63,268 bases of DNA from Candidatus Pacearchaeota archaeon (GTDB lineage Archaea; Nanobdellota; Nanobdellia; Pacearchaeales; GW2011-AR1), in NCBI GenBank assembly GCA_050302495.1, contig JBNLBP010000001.1:1-63268 (forward strand), given 5' to 3'. The notes beneath the pieces were generated by a model. It did not search any database. It had not been told where the DNA came from and was given only the letters and a program-made list of their open reading frames with translations. The translations under genes were made by a program, and so were the position numbers. Of the stretch, positions 1 to 8,494 are shown piece by piece (the first letter of the stretch is position 1; each line of letters opens with the position of its first letter).

Positions 1-537
1 GAAATAGAAGTTCAGACTTCATTAGGATATGATGACGGAAAGGCGGTTTGTTCTTTCAGTGATACTGGTCAGGAAGGAACATTTATTGGATTCTTCTATG
101 GGCAAGGAGTTGAACCATACACTCAATATATGCACACCCAATCATTAAATTTAGAAGAAGGAGATTATACTTATTACATAAGATGTTCAGATTTGGGTGG
201 AAATGTTGATGAAACAACAATAAGCTTTAGTGTTGAAACTGATTTGAATCCTCCTGAGATAGTGAGGGTTTTCAAAGACCAAGGAAATCTAAAGGTTATA
301 ACTAGTGAAGAAGGAAGATGTGTTTATTCTGACTTTGGTTGTGCTTATGACTTTGATCAAGATGGAACATATATGAGCACTTTGTCCGGAGGAGATGATG
401 CAGAACATTATGCTAGCTGGCCTGAAAATGCCAAGACTACTTATTACATAAAATGTCAAGACTCTTATGGAAATAGACCTCAATCTAACCAGTGTAGTTT
501 AGTTGTAAGACCTTTTGATATACCTGATGTAAGGTAA
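1..537 (+). CDS. C-terminal part of a secreted Cys-rich repeat protein (5' end outside window)
   Basis: Frame 1 is open from nt 1 with no stop before 537; internal repeat TYYIRCSDxGGN / TYYIKCQDSYGN; many Cys; no TM. Confidence 0.5.
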   Translation, partial: EIEVQTSLGYDDGKAVCSFSDTGQEGTFIGFFYGQGVEPYTQYMHTQSLNLEEGDYTYYIRCSDLGGNVDETTISFSVETDLNPPEIVRVFKDQGNLKVITSEEGRCVYSDFGCAYDFDQDGTYMSTLSGGDDAEHYASWPENAKTTYYIKCQDSYGNRPQSNQCSLVVRPFDIPDVR

Positions 538-582
538 TTTCTTAGAGAATAGTTTTATAAAATATATTTGTTATTTTATTAA

Positions 583-1020
583 ATGAAAAGGGTTGATAAG
601 AAAGGGCAATTGAATATTTCTTTTGGTATGATTTTTTCAATTATTCTTGTAGTGGTTTTTCTTGCCTTTGCTTTCTTTGGAATAAAAAAGGTATTATCTA
701 TTCAAGAGACCGCATTGATTTCACAGTTTAAACAAGATGTACAAAACGATATAAATAAAATGTGGAACGGTCCTCAAGGGCAACAACAAGTCAAATATAA
801 ACTCCCAAATAAAATTGAAGGTATTTGTATTGAAGATGAAGCCTCACAGAATTTTTATTTTGTTCCTAGAGGAAAATTTGGAGGAGGGATATTGAATAAT
901 GTTGATTTGGCCAATACTTTAGGGAATAGTGCAAGCCTTTGTATAGAAAGTAAAGAAGGTTATGTGGGCTTCACAATAAAGAAAGATTTTGGAGAAAATT
1001 TGGTAACAATTTTAAGATGA
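583..1020 (+). CDS. archaeal type IV pilin-like protein (class III signal peptide)
   Basis: N-terminus MKRVDKKG|QLNISFGMIFSIILVVV: basic patch, then KG-Q, then hydrophobic helix (DUF361-like prepilin signal); overlaps next gene by 4 nt. Confidence 0.6.
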   Translation: MKRVDKKGQLNISFGMIFSIILVVVFLAFAFFGIKKVLSIQETALISQFKQDVQNDINKMWNGPQGQQQVKYKLPNKIEGICIEDEASQNFYFVPRGKFGGGILNNVDLANTLGNSASLCIESKEGYVGFTIKKDFGENLVTILR

Positions 1021-1976
1021 GAAGCTTAAACAAAAAAGGGGCCTTGGATATGTCTTTCGGATGGATATTTGCAATAATTGCTGGAGGAATAATACTTTCT
1101 TTAGCAATATATGGTGTTGTGAAGTTTACCGATATACAAAAAACTCAACAAAGTGCTGAGACAAGTAAAAATATCGATAGTTTATTGAATCCATTAGAGT
1201 CTAGTTTTGAGACGGGACAAAAAGTAACCATTACTGCACCTGTAGAAACAAGAATTTATGTTAAGTGTAATACAGATGGAGGTTTAGGATCTCAAAGAAT
1301 TCAGACTGCACAGAAAACATTTAATCAATGGTCGGATAACGGCCCAAGCATTTTATCAAAAGATAAATATATATTCGTTGAAAGTCCTGCAGAAGCCGAA
1401 GGATTTACTATATTTTCTAAATCATTCTCATTCCCTACCGATGAATCCTATGAATTTCCATTTAAAGTTGCAGACTTAATCTATTTGATACCAAATACAA
1501 AGACGTATTGTTTCTTGGATTCTCCTCAAGATATTGAAAGTGAGATAAATGATTTGAATATCGATAATGTTAAAACTGAAAATTGTAATTCTGGAGACAT
1601 AAGAGTTTGTTTTGGAAGTTCGGGTGATTGTGATATTGAAGTAGGCTATAGTCAAGGGATAGTTGAGAAGCAATCTAAAAGAGTTTATTTTGAAAGTGAT
1701 GCTCTTATGTATGGTGCAATATTCTCCGATGAAGCGAATTATGAATGTCAGTTAGAAAGATTAATTGGAAGGGCAGAAGATTTATCAAAAATATATCAGG
1801 AAAAGAGTAGAATTGAAAGAGAATTTGGGTGTGATGGTGATTTGGAAAGTGATTTAATTATATTTGAAAACTTGTTGGAGAGTTTTTCAAGTTCAAGAGA
1901 TATTATTGGTATAGGAAATCAGGCAAAGGTATTGAATAAATTAAATTCAAGGTTGGGGGATTGTAAATTATGGTAA
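1017..1976 (+). CDS. archaeal type IV pilin-like protein (class III signal peptide)
   Basis: N-terminus MRSLNKKG|ALDMSFGWIFAIIAGGIIL; Cys-rich extracellular part; translational overlap with flanking genes. Confidence 0.6.
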   Translation: MRSLNKKGALDMSFGWIFAIIAGGIILSLAIYGVVKFTDIQKTQQSAETSKNIDSLLNPLESSFETGQKVTITAPVETRIYVKCNTDGGLGSQRIQTAQKTFNQWSDNGPSILSKDKYIFVESPAEAEGFTIFSKSFSFPTDESYEFPFKVADLIYLIPNTKTYCFLDSPQDIESEINDLNIDNVKTENCNSGDIRVCFGSSGDCDIEVGYSQGIVEKQSKRVYFESDALMYGAIFSDEANYECQLERLIGRAEDLSKIYQEKSRIEREFGCDGDLESDLIIFENLLESFSSSRDIIGIGNQAKVLNKLNSRLGDCKLW

Positions 1977-2491
1977 ACAATAAAGGCCAAATAAAGATCC
2001 AGCAGATGGTTTTTATGATCATTGCTGTGTTCATTTTATTTGTTATAATAGGGGTAATTGTTTTATCTGGAAGAATCTCTAAATTGCAGAATACCGCTGA
2101 AGAAGCCCAGGAATTAAATGCATTGACTCTTGCTTCAAAGATTGCAAATTCTCCTGAGTTTTCTTGTGGGAACAGTTATGGTAACCAGATAAGTGATTGT
2201 GTGGATTTGGACAAAGTAATGGCTCTAAAGGGCTATATTGAGGAATATGAAGACTTCTGGGGGGTGTCTAATATAGAAATAAGAAAAATATATCCTTCTG
2301 AAAAAGAGGTAGAGTGCGATTATACCAACTATCCAGACTGTAATTGGATAAACTTGTTTGATAAAGAGGTTTCGGGGTATTCTGTGAGTAATTATGTTTC
2401 TATTTGTAATAAGAGATTAAATGGCCAGATTGCTTCAAATAATTGTGATTTGGGTAGAATAATTATAAGTTATGAGGGGGTTGAATTATGA
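1970..2491 (+). CDS. archaeal type IV pilin-like protein (class III signal peptide)
   Basis: N-terminus MVNNKG|QIKIQQMVFMIIAVFILFVI; overlapping stop/start with neighbours. Confidence 0.55.
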   Translation: MVNNKGQIKIQQMVFMIIAVFILFVIIGVIVLSGRISKLQNTAEEAQELNALTLASKIANSPEFSCGNSYGNQISDCVDLDKVMALKGYIEEYEDFWGVSNIEIRKIYPSEKEVECDYTNYPDCNWINLFDKEVSGYSVSNYVSICNKRLNGQIASNNCDLGRIIISYEGVEL

Positions 2492-2979
2492 GGAAATTTA
2501 TTAGTAAGAAGGCACAAGAGGAAATAATGGGTTTTGGTATAATACTTTTGTTAATTGCAGTGATAGGGATTGTGTTTTTGAGCATATCAATAAACAAGAA
2601 CGCTCAGAAGCAACAGTTGGAAGATTATGAAATATCTAGCTTTCTTAAAGCAATGATGGAAACTAGTACCAGTTGCGAGAAGAATACAAAGTATTTGTCC
2701 ATAAAGGATATAGCATTTGAATGTCAGAGAAATTATCTTTGTTACGATGGTGATGATTCGTGTGATGTGTTTAATAATACAGTCAAGGAAATAATGAGTG
2801 AAAGTTGGGATGTAGGTGTGAACAACTCAATAAAAGGCTATAATTTGCTAATACAATCGGAAGATGAAACGTTATTGAATATAAGTTCAGGTAGTTCAAC
2901 TTCTTCATATAAGGGGGCTTCTCAAAATTATGCAAAATCTCTTGATGAGATTAATGTTTTCTTAAAAGTATATACTTAA
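2488..2979 (+). CDS. archaeal type IV pilin-like protein (class III signal peptide)
   Basis: N-terminus MRKFISKKA|QEEIMGFGIILLLIAVIGIV; fourth member of the overlapping operon. Confidence 0.5.
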   Translation: MRKFISKKAQEEIMGFGIILLLIAVIGIVFLSISINKNAQKQQLEDYEISSFLKAMMETSTSCEKNTKYLSIKDIAFECQRNYLCYDGDDSCDVFNNTVKEIMSESWDVGVNNSIKGYNLLIQSEDETLLNISSGSSTSSYKGASQNYAKSLDEINVFLKVYT

Positions 2980-3326
2980 ACTTTGAAATGTACAGTTATT
3001 TGATCTGCTATGAGGAAAGGTTTGTGTCTTGTTCGACCGTTTATTACTTCTTCTTTAAATCCAATAAATCCAAATCTTTCAAGTATTTCTAGGTCTCGAG
3101 TTACGGATTTAAAGGTTCTACCTAATTTCTTAGCTAAATCGTAAATTGAGGTAGGATTTCTGGCTTTTATGGTGTGAATAATACGTGCCTTTTCATTACT
3201 CAATAATTGCCTTAGAGCAGAAATTCCAGAGAAATCGTAGTTTGTTTTATCTGGTTGGCTTTTTAGAAGTGAGAAAACCCCTTTGGATTCTTCAATTGTT
3301 ACTTCTCTTATCTTTCTCGTCGGCAT
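2976..3326 (-). CDS. winged helix-turn-helix transcriptional regulator
   Basis: 116 aa; segment IYDLAKKLGRTFKSVTRDLEILERFGFIGF resembles the HTH plus wing of small archaeal regulators; convergent with the pilin operon. Confidence 0.5.
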   Translation of the reverse strand: MPTRKIREVTIEESKGVFSLLKSQPDKTNYDFSGISALRQLLSNEKARIIHTIKARNPTSIYDLAKKLGRTFKSVTRDLEILERFGFIGFKEEVINGRTRHKPFLIADQITVHFKV

Positions 3327-3462
3327 CTTTTATCTTTGTGATTACAGATTTGTTTTAATTATTGAATATCTGTCTTTTCATGATAGATATAATCTTGGAT
3401 TAATAAATGTTTTGGAGACTGAAAAATAAGAGGTATACTTTTTATATAATAGTAACGAAAGC

Positions 3463-3472
3463 TTTATAAATA
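3463..3472 (+). promoter_or_regulatory. candidate archaeal TATA box upstream of the S-layer candidate gene
   Basis: TTTATAAATA in a long AT-rich intergenic region; a second TATA-like element ~20 nt upstream. Confidence 0.3.
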
Positions 3473-3692
3473 ACACCTATAAAAAAGGCAAATAGATGGA
3501 ATGGACCGAAAATAGGGAGAACAAGCTTTTTAAAGGAAAATTCACTCTCCATAATACACCTTAAAGGTGAATAGGGATTAACCTAATGTGTGTTGACAAA
3601 TAGTTCCCTATGCTATGTTAAGACACAGAGGTTGTCATAGACAACAGATACGGACTGGTAACAGTTTAGGAGAGATGAAAGGAGGTCAAAAA

Positions 3693-6080
3693 ATGAAAAA
3701 ATTTAATTTTAAAAAAATAACTGCGCTTGCAGGTAGTTTGCTTATGGCAGGTGCTACAATGGGATTAGCTGCTGCAGCTAGTTACCCTGCTCCATTCGTA
3801 AGTGGAAGCAGCGCTAATGTTGCTATCGTTTACGGTACTGGGACTGGAGTTTCATCTCTAGACCTTATACAAGCAGGTAACTTACAAGCTGATTTACAAG
3901 CTTACTTGGGTACTGACTCTACAAACAGTGGATCAACAGTAACTGGAGGAGACTCATATAAATTTGAGAAGACTTCAACAAAGTTCCACTTAGGAGACAA
4001 CATAACTCAAGTTATCTCATCTAGTGTTGATGATGACGAGTTGCCAACTCTTCTTGCAGATGGAAAATACGTCGACAATGATAACGACGAATTTGACTAC
4101 ACTCAGAAGATTGACATCGGAGCAAACTTACAGCTAGGAATGTTCGAAGATAACGACTACGCTGAAGACCAACCTACAATTGGGTTCAGAGTTGCTTCTG
4201 GTACAGCTGTTCTAACATATACGTTAGATTTCAGTGATGAACCTGTTATCGGAGATCTTCCAACATCTGACTTGCCTATAATGGGTAAAAGCTACTACGT
4301 ATTGTCAAATAGTACAAGTGGAAGTAATATCATTTTAACTTTGTTAGATTCTGCTGATTCAACAATCTTGACAGAAGGAGAATCTGCGACTGTTGATGGT
4401 AAAGAAGTTGTTATAACTTACATAAGTTCTACAGAAGTTAAGTTACAAGTAGATGGACAAACTACAAACAGCTTGGCTGAAGGACAGACTCAAAAATTAA
4501 CTGATGGGTCATATGTAGGTGTAAAGGATATCTTGTACGACGCAAAAGATACTGGTGTTTCAAAAGTTGAATTCAGTATTGGTACAGGAAAATTAACTCT
4601 TACTAGCGGTTCAGATATACAAATGAACGATGAGTCAGTTTCTGGAATTAATGTAACTATTACAAATAGTACAGATAGCTTAAGTGATATTAAAATATCA
4701 TGGCTTGCAGATGATGATTTATTCATCACTGAAGATTCAGAAATTGAGATGCCTGGATTTGAAGCTGTTAAATTATCTTTCGGAGGATTAACTTATCCTT
4801 CTGAGGAGACTGTAACAATTCAACAAGGTGGAGACACTTATGCAGTTTTAGATAACTTCCCTCTTAAGGATGGTGAAGCAGATATAAATCTTTTATACGG
4901 AGCTTCTGGAGCATTTACAGGACTCGGTAAAGATGCTAACAATAAGTTAGTTACTGCTGCTACAGGAAGTACATTTACTTTCGACGGGGACACTGATGAC
5001 TATTTCGTTGCTTCATGGAGTGATGGTAGTGATGGTGAATCTTACCTTATGAGAGCTACAAACTTTGTAGTTGATGGTAGTGATAATAAGACTACTTTCC
5101 AATATTACAAAGATGGTTCTTGGGTGGATACTAAGACTGGAGCTAAAGAAGGAGACACTTTCTCATTAGGAAGTGTTGAAATTGTGGTAGATGTTGTTAA
5201 CAAAACAGATAAAACTGTTTTATTAGGAAACAATAGTGCTAACACAAACTTCAATACGCTTTACTCAAAGACTGGTTTGAAAGTTTTCTTACCTTATGAG
5301 GCAACAAACGCAACAATCGTTACTGGTGCTCCAGGTTCAATTAACTTTACTGCTGTTACAACAGGAGTTGGAGGAGATTTGGGTCTAGGACACAACGCTA
5401 CTTCATTCTATTTAACAATGGTTGAAGAAGACAAAGACGATAACGTTGCTAGCGGAGATACAATCAACGCTACAATTGGTTGGGACAGTTCTACAACTCA
5501 AGAAGTTGAAGTAAGTACCTATACTACTACAAACACTGACGCTACAAAGACTGAAATTGGAGATACAGACGTGTGGAGAGATTTCACATACTCTGCTCTT
5601 GCTACTGAGATATTAAGTAACGAGCCAAGTTCAGGTCAGAAGAGTTTGAAAGTAGTTTACCATGGCGGAGAAGTATCTGCTGATGTTTACATAACATCAC
5701 CGGACGCTACTGTTACAACAACAACTACAGGAGCTGGTTCTCTTGGAGATGTTCTTGTTAAAGATACAGAAGTAAGCTCAGTTTCTACTAAGAACTTGAT
5801 AGTAGTTGGAGGAAGTTGTATTAACTCAGCTGCTGCTTCACTAGTTGGAGGAGCATACTGTGGTGCAATGTTCACAGAACAAACAGGAGTAGGATCAGGA
5901 CAATTTGTAATAAAAGGATATTCTGATTCAACAATAACTAGTAAAATGGCTTTGCTTGTTGCTGGTTATGAAGCTGCTGATACTGTAAACGCTGCAACAT
6001 ACTTGAGAACACAAAAACCTGATACAAGCCAAGCTTGGGTCGGAACATCTTCTTCAAGTGCTACACTTCAGGTTGCGTAA
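3693..6080 (+). CDS. S-layer / major surface (glyco)protein candidate
   Basis: ATG at 3693 preceded by GGAGGT (3681-3686); signal peptide MKKFNFKKITALAGSLLMAGATMGLAAAAS; 795 aa Thr/Ser/Asp-rich with many N-x-S/T sequons; codon usage visibly GC-richer than surrounding genes (high expression); oligo-T terminator downstream. Confidence 0.55.
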   Translation: MKKFNFKKITALAGSLLMAGATMGLAAAASYPAPFVSGSSANVAIVYGTGTGVSSLDLIQAGNLQADLQAYLGTDSTNSGSTVTGGDSYKFEKTSTKFHLGDNITQVISSSVDDDELPTLLADGKYVDNDNDEFDYTQKIDIGANLQLGMFEDNDYAEDQPTIGFRVASGTAVLTYTLDFSDEPVIGDLPTSDLPIMGKSYYVLSNSTSGSNIILTLLDSADSTILTEGESATVDGKEVVITYISSTEVKLQVDGQTTNSLAEGQTQKLTDGSYVGVKDILYDAKDTGVSKVEFSIGTGKLTLTSGSDIQMNDESVSGINVTITNSTDSLSDIKISWLADDDLFITEDSEIEMPGFEAVKLSFGGLTYPSEETVTIQQGGDTYAVLDNFPLKDGEADINLLYGASGAFTGLGKDANNKLVTAATGSTFTFDGDTDDYFVASWSDGSDGESYLMRATNFVVDGSDNKTTFQYYKDGSWVDTKTGAKEGDTFSLGSVEIVVDVVNKTDKTVLLGNNSANTNFNTLYSKTGLKVFLPYEATNATIVTGAPGSINFTAVTTGVGGDLGLGHNATSFYLTMVEEDKDDNVASGDTINATIGWDSSTTQEVEVSTYTTTNTDATKTEIGDTDVWRDFTYSALATEILSNEPSSGQKSLKVVYHGGEVSADVYITSPDATVTTTTTGAGSLGDVLVKDTEVSSVSTKNLIVVGGSCINSAAASLVGGAYCGAMFTEQTGVGSGQFVIKGYSDSTITSKMALLVAGYEAADTVNAATYLRTQKPDTSQAWVGTSSSSATLQVA

Positions 6081-6090
6081 GTAAACACAA

Positions 6091-6123
6091 TTTTTATTTT
6101 TCTTTTTTTCTTTCTTTTTTTTT
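6091..6123 (+). terminator. oligo-T archaeal terminator after the S-layer candidate gene
   Basis: TTTTTATTTTTCTTTTTTTCTTTCTTTTTTTTT directly after stop at 6080. Confidence 0.55.
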
Positions 6124-6204
6124 AACTTCTGGCGATAGCCTTATTGGTTTACCGTCGGCAAAAACAATAAAAACCTTTTTATACTGAAATTCTTTTTATC
6201 CTTC

Positions 6205-6783
6205 ATGAGAAAAATAACTTCTAGAAGAAATGAAATGAGAAAACAGAAGAGGAACGGTACGATCTTAGTTGTTTTCCTTATAGTCGTGTTGTTTGGTAGT
6301 GTTTTTGGAGTTATAGTTAATTCTTTTGGATCTCAAGAAGCAGAAGGAAATTTGAAGTATAAAGGCCATACCTTCTTATACAACAACGGTTTTTGGACTG
6401 TAAAGGATATATCTAATGCGGTATTCACTTATAATCCTCAAGAGACTGAATCAGTAATTCTTGATAGGAAAAATATTGTTTCTGACCTTAGCAAATATTC
6501 TGGAGTTCCCGTTTATATTTATTCGGAAGATTCTGCTTCAGAGCTAGAAATTTATAGGAATTTATTTTACGTATCTGAAAGAATACAAAATGCGTGCCCT
6601 TTAGATAAAGAATGTTCTGAGGATATTCCAACAAAAGACTGCACAAGCAACTTTGTTATAATAGAGGTTTCAAACCAAAGTGAGATATATGAAGACCAAA
6701 ATTGTGTTTATATAAAAGGGCAAAAAGAAAACTTAATAAAGATAAGTGACGAATTCTTATTTAGTTTATATGGAATAAATTAA
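6205..6783 (+). CDS. hypothetical membrane-anchored protein
   Basis: Basic N-terminus plus one TM (ILVVFLIVVLFGSVFGVIV), Cys-containing ectodomain; TATA-like TTTTATAC ~25 nt upstream (possibly leaderless). Confidence 0.5.
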   Translation: MRKITSRRNEMRKQKRNGTILVVFLIVVLFGSVFGVIVNSFGSQEAEGNLKYKGHTFLYNNGFWTVKDISNAVFTYNPQETESVILDRKNIVSDLSKYSGVPVYIYSEDSASELEIYRNLFYVSERIQNACPLDKECSEDIPTKDCTSNFVIIEVSNQSEIYEDQNCVYIKGQKENLIKISDEFLFSLYGIN

Positions 6784-6784
6784 C

Positions 6785-7483
6785 ATGGCAAAGAAAACAA
6801 AGAAGAGCAATAAGAAATCTGTTAAAGAGGTCTTTGAAGTTGAGGATAAAAAGACAGGAGAATCAAAACAGATAGTTAAGAATTCTAAAGAACCTTCCGA
6901 ACATTCAGATAAAAAAGAAATTAAGAGAAATGAAAAACAACTTAAAGTAATACTAATCGTTCTTGGGGCATTAATTGTCTTCTTTTTTATAGTTTTCTTT
7001 GGATTAAACGGCATAAGGAATGCAAAATATGAAAATACTGAGTTTCAGACAGTTCAGGAAGGCCAACTTATATTCTATCAAACTTCAATACCAGTGATTT
7101 ATCAAGGAGCGGTAGTTCCATACAATTTCTACTTGAGAACTCACCCAAGAGATTTGAAGAAGATACCTTTCGAAGGTACGTTGGAACTTAAGAAGGGGTA
7201 TGCTCTTAATGTTACTCAGGACTTTAATTGTTACGGAGATGGGGTTATTGCTTTAGCTAATCTTGTTAAACAGAGAGATGTTATGGGAGTTACTACAATA
7301 AGTGGGGAAGTTGGGTGTGATGCTCAAAGTAGATATAATTATTATGAGATAATCGAGGGAGATGAAACAAAGATAGTTCAGAGAGGAGATACATCTTGTT
7401 ATGATCTTTACGTGAGCGACTGTGAAATTCTTCCGGTAACCGAAAAACTTATGGCAGAGACTTTTGTTAAGTTTAATGAATAA
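6785..7483 (+). CDS. hypothetical membrane-anchored protein with lysine-rich N-terminus
   Basis: KK-rich N-terminal 60 aa, one TM (VILIVLGALIVFFFIVFFGL), Cys-containing C-terminal domain; 1-nt spacing to upstream gene. Confidence 0.5.
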   Translation: MAKKTKKSNKKSVKEVFEVEDKKTGESKQIVKNSKEPSEHSDKKEIKRNEKQLKVILIVLGALIVFFFIVFFGLNGIRNAKYENTEFQTVQEGQLIFYQTSIPVIYQGAVVPYNFYLRTHPRDLKKIPFEGTLELKKGYALNVTQDFNCYGDGVIALANLVKQRDVMGVTTISGEVGCDAQSRYNYYEIIEGDETKIVQRGDTSCYDLYVSDCEILPVTEKLMAETFVKFNE

Positions 7484-8020
7484 TTATTTTATGTTCTTAA
7501 ATAAGAATTTTATATCTGAGTAGAAAGGTATTCCTTTTATCTTATATTTATTTACTTGATAGAACCAAATCAATATTACAAGAACTATGCTGCCAAAATA
7601 CCATAAGAATTTGTGTAGAATATCTGCAACGGGAGAGGTATTTAGGAAAAGAACACCTATTACAAATATTCTAATTATATTGAAAACCAAGAAGATTAAG
7701 AAAGACAATAAAAGGAGTTTTATTCTCTTAGGGAATTTCAATCCAGGAGTGGATAAATTAAGCATCAATAGTAAAAAATAAGCTGATCCAGCTATGCATG
7801 CCCCAATAATCTCTAGGGAAATAGGAAAACCTCTGAAATTTATTATATTTACAGGCGTTACATAAATGTCATAGAAGATATTGAATAAAAAATAAGTAGG
7901 ATATTTTGTAAGGGGTTCAAAGATGAAATAAAGGATAGATAGCCCAGATATTGCTATTATTAATAGAACTGCATATCTTATTACTAAATCAGTAAACCTC
8001 TTTTTGTTTGACTTATTCAT
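7484..8020 (-). CDS. small polytopic membrane protein, possible exosortase/archaeosortase-family protein
   Basis: 178 aa, ~4 TM; Cys in GACIAGS followed ~45 aa later by N-x-x-R (FNIIRIF) inside TM segments, resembling the Cys/Arg core of exosortase/archaeosortase; lies downstream of an adhesin gene with a C-terminal sorting-signal-like tail. Confidence 0.35.
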   Translation of the reverse strand: MNKSNKKRFTDLVIRYAVLLIIAISGLSILYFIFEPLTKYPTYFLFNIFYDIYVTPVNIINFRGFPISLEIIGACIAGSAYFLLLMLNLSTPGLKFPKRIKLLLLSFLIFLVFNIIRIFVIGVLFLNTSPVADILHKFLWYFGSIVLVILIWFYQVNKYKIKGIPFYSDIKFLFKNIK

Positions 8021-8050
8021 AGGTTATTTAGATAAATATAATTTAAAAGA

Positions 8051-8494
8051 TTATAGCTTTATTTCAAGATCTTTGTAATACTCTTCTGGAGACAAAGCCT
8101 CATTGCCATTAATCCCATCCATTTCTGGATCGAATAACAACAATAAATCATCTTTTGGAGGGTCTTGTTTTCCATATTTGTTGAAGATATAAATTATCGG
8201 GAATTGTGATCGAGTTACGCTATCACCTCTTATCTTGAGGGGTGTAAATTCAACAACATCAAATATTGAATCCTTCGGGGAATCTAGGTCATAATAATCC
8301 ACCCTCATAAGATTGCTACCGCTGTTACCAAAATAGTAACCGCTAGAATAATCTGGAACAGGGTTTCTTTTCTGATAACCCTTAAACTTTCCAGGGAGAA
8401 AATCCTGTGAATTAGAATTTGAAGAAAGGGCAAAAAAGGCTAAAGGCAAAATTAATTTAGATAGGCTTTTCATAATAGAATTACTTTCTTGCAA
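8051..8494 (-). CDS. secreted hypothetical protein
   Basis: Signal peptide MKSLSKLILPLAFFALSSNSNS; 14-nt overlap with upstream adhesin gene (operon). Confidence 0.5.
   Translation of the reverse strand: MQESNSIMKSLSKLILPLAFFALSSNSNSQDFLPGKFKGYQKRNPVPDYSSGYYFGNSGSNLMRVDYYDLDSPKDSIFDVVEFTPLKIRGDSVTRSQFPIIYIFNKYGKQDPPKDDLLLLFDPEMDGINGNEALSPEEYYKDLEIKL

Noticed and set aside
3615-3692. Upstream start (MLRHRGCHRQQ...) given by the ORF track for the S-layer candidate
   Set aside because: No ribosome-binding context. The downstream ATG at 3693 is preceded by GGAGGT and begins a classic signal peptide, so the 5' part is treated as untranslated leader
6126-6170. Short GC-richer patch (GGCGATAGCC...CCGTCGGC) after the S-layer terminator as a possible tRNA or ncRNA
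   Set aside because: Too short for a tRNA and no cloverleaf can be drawn. It is probably part of the terminator/promoter spacer
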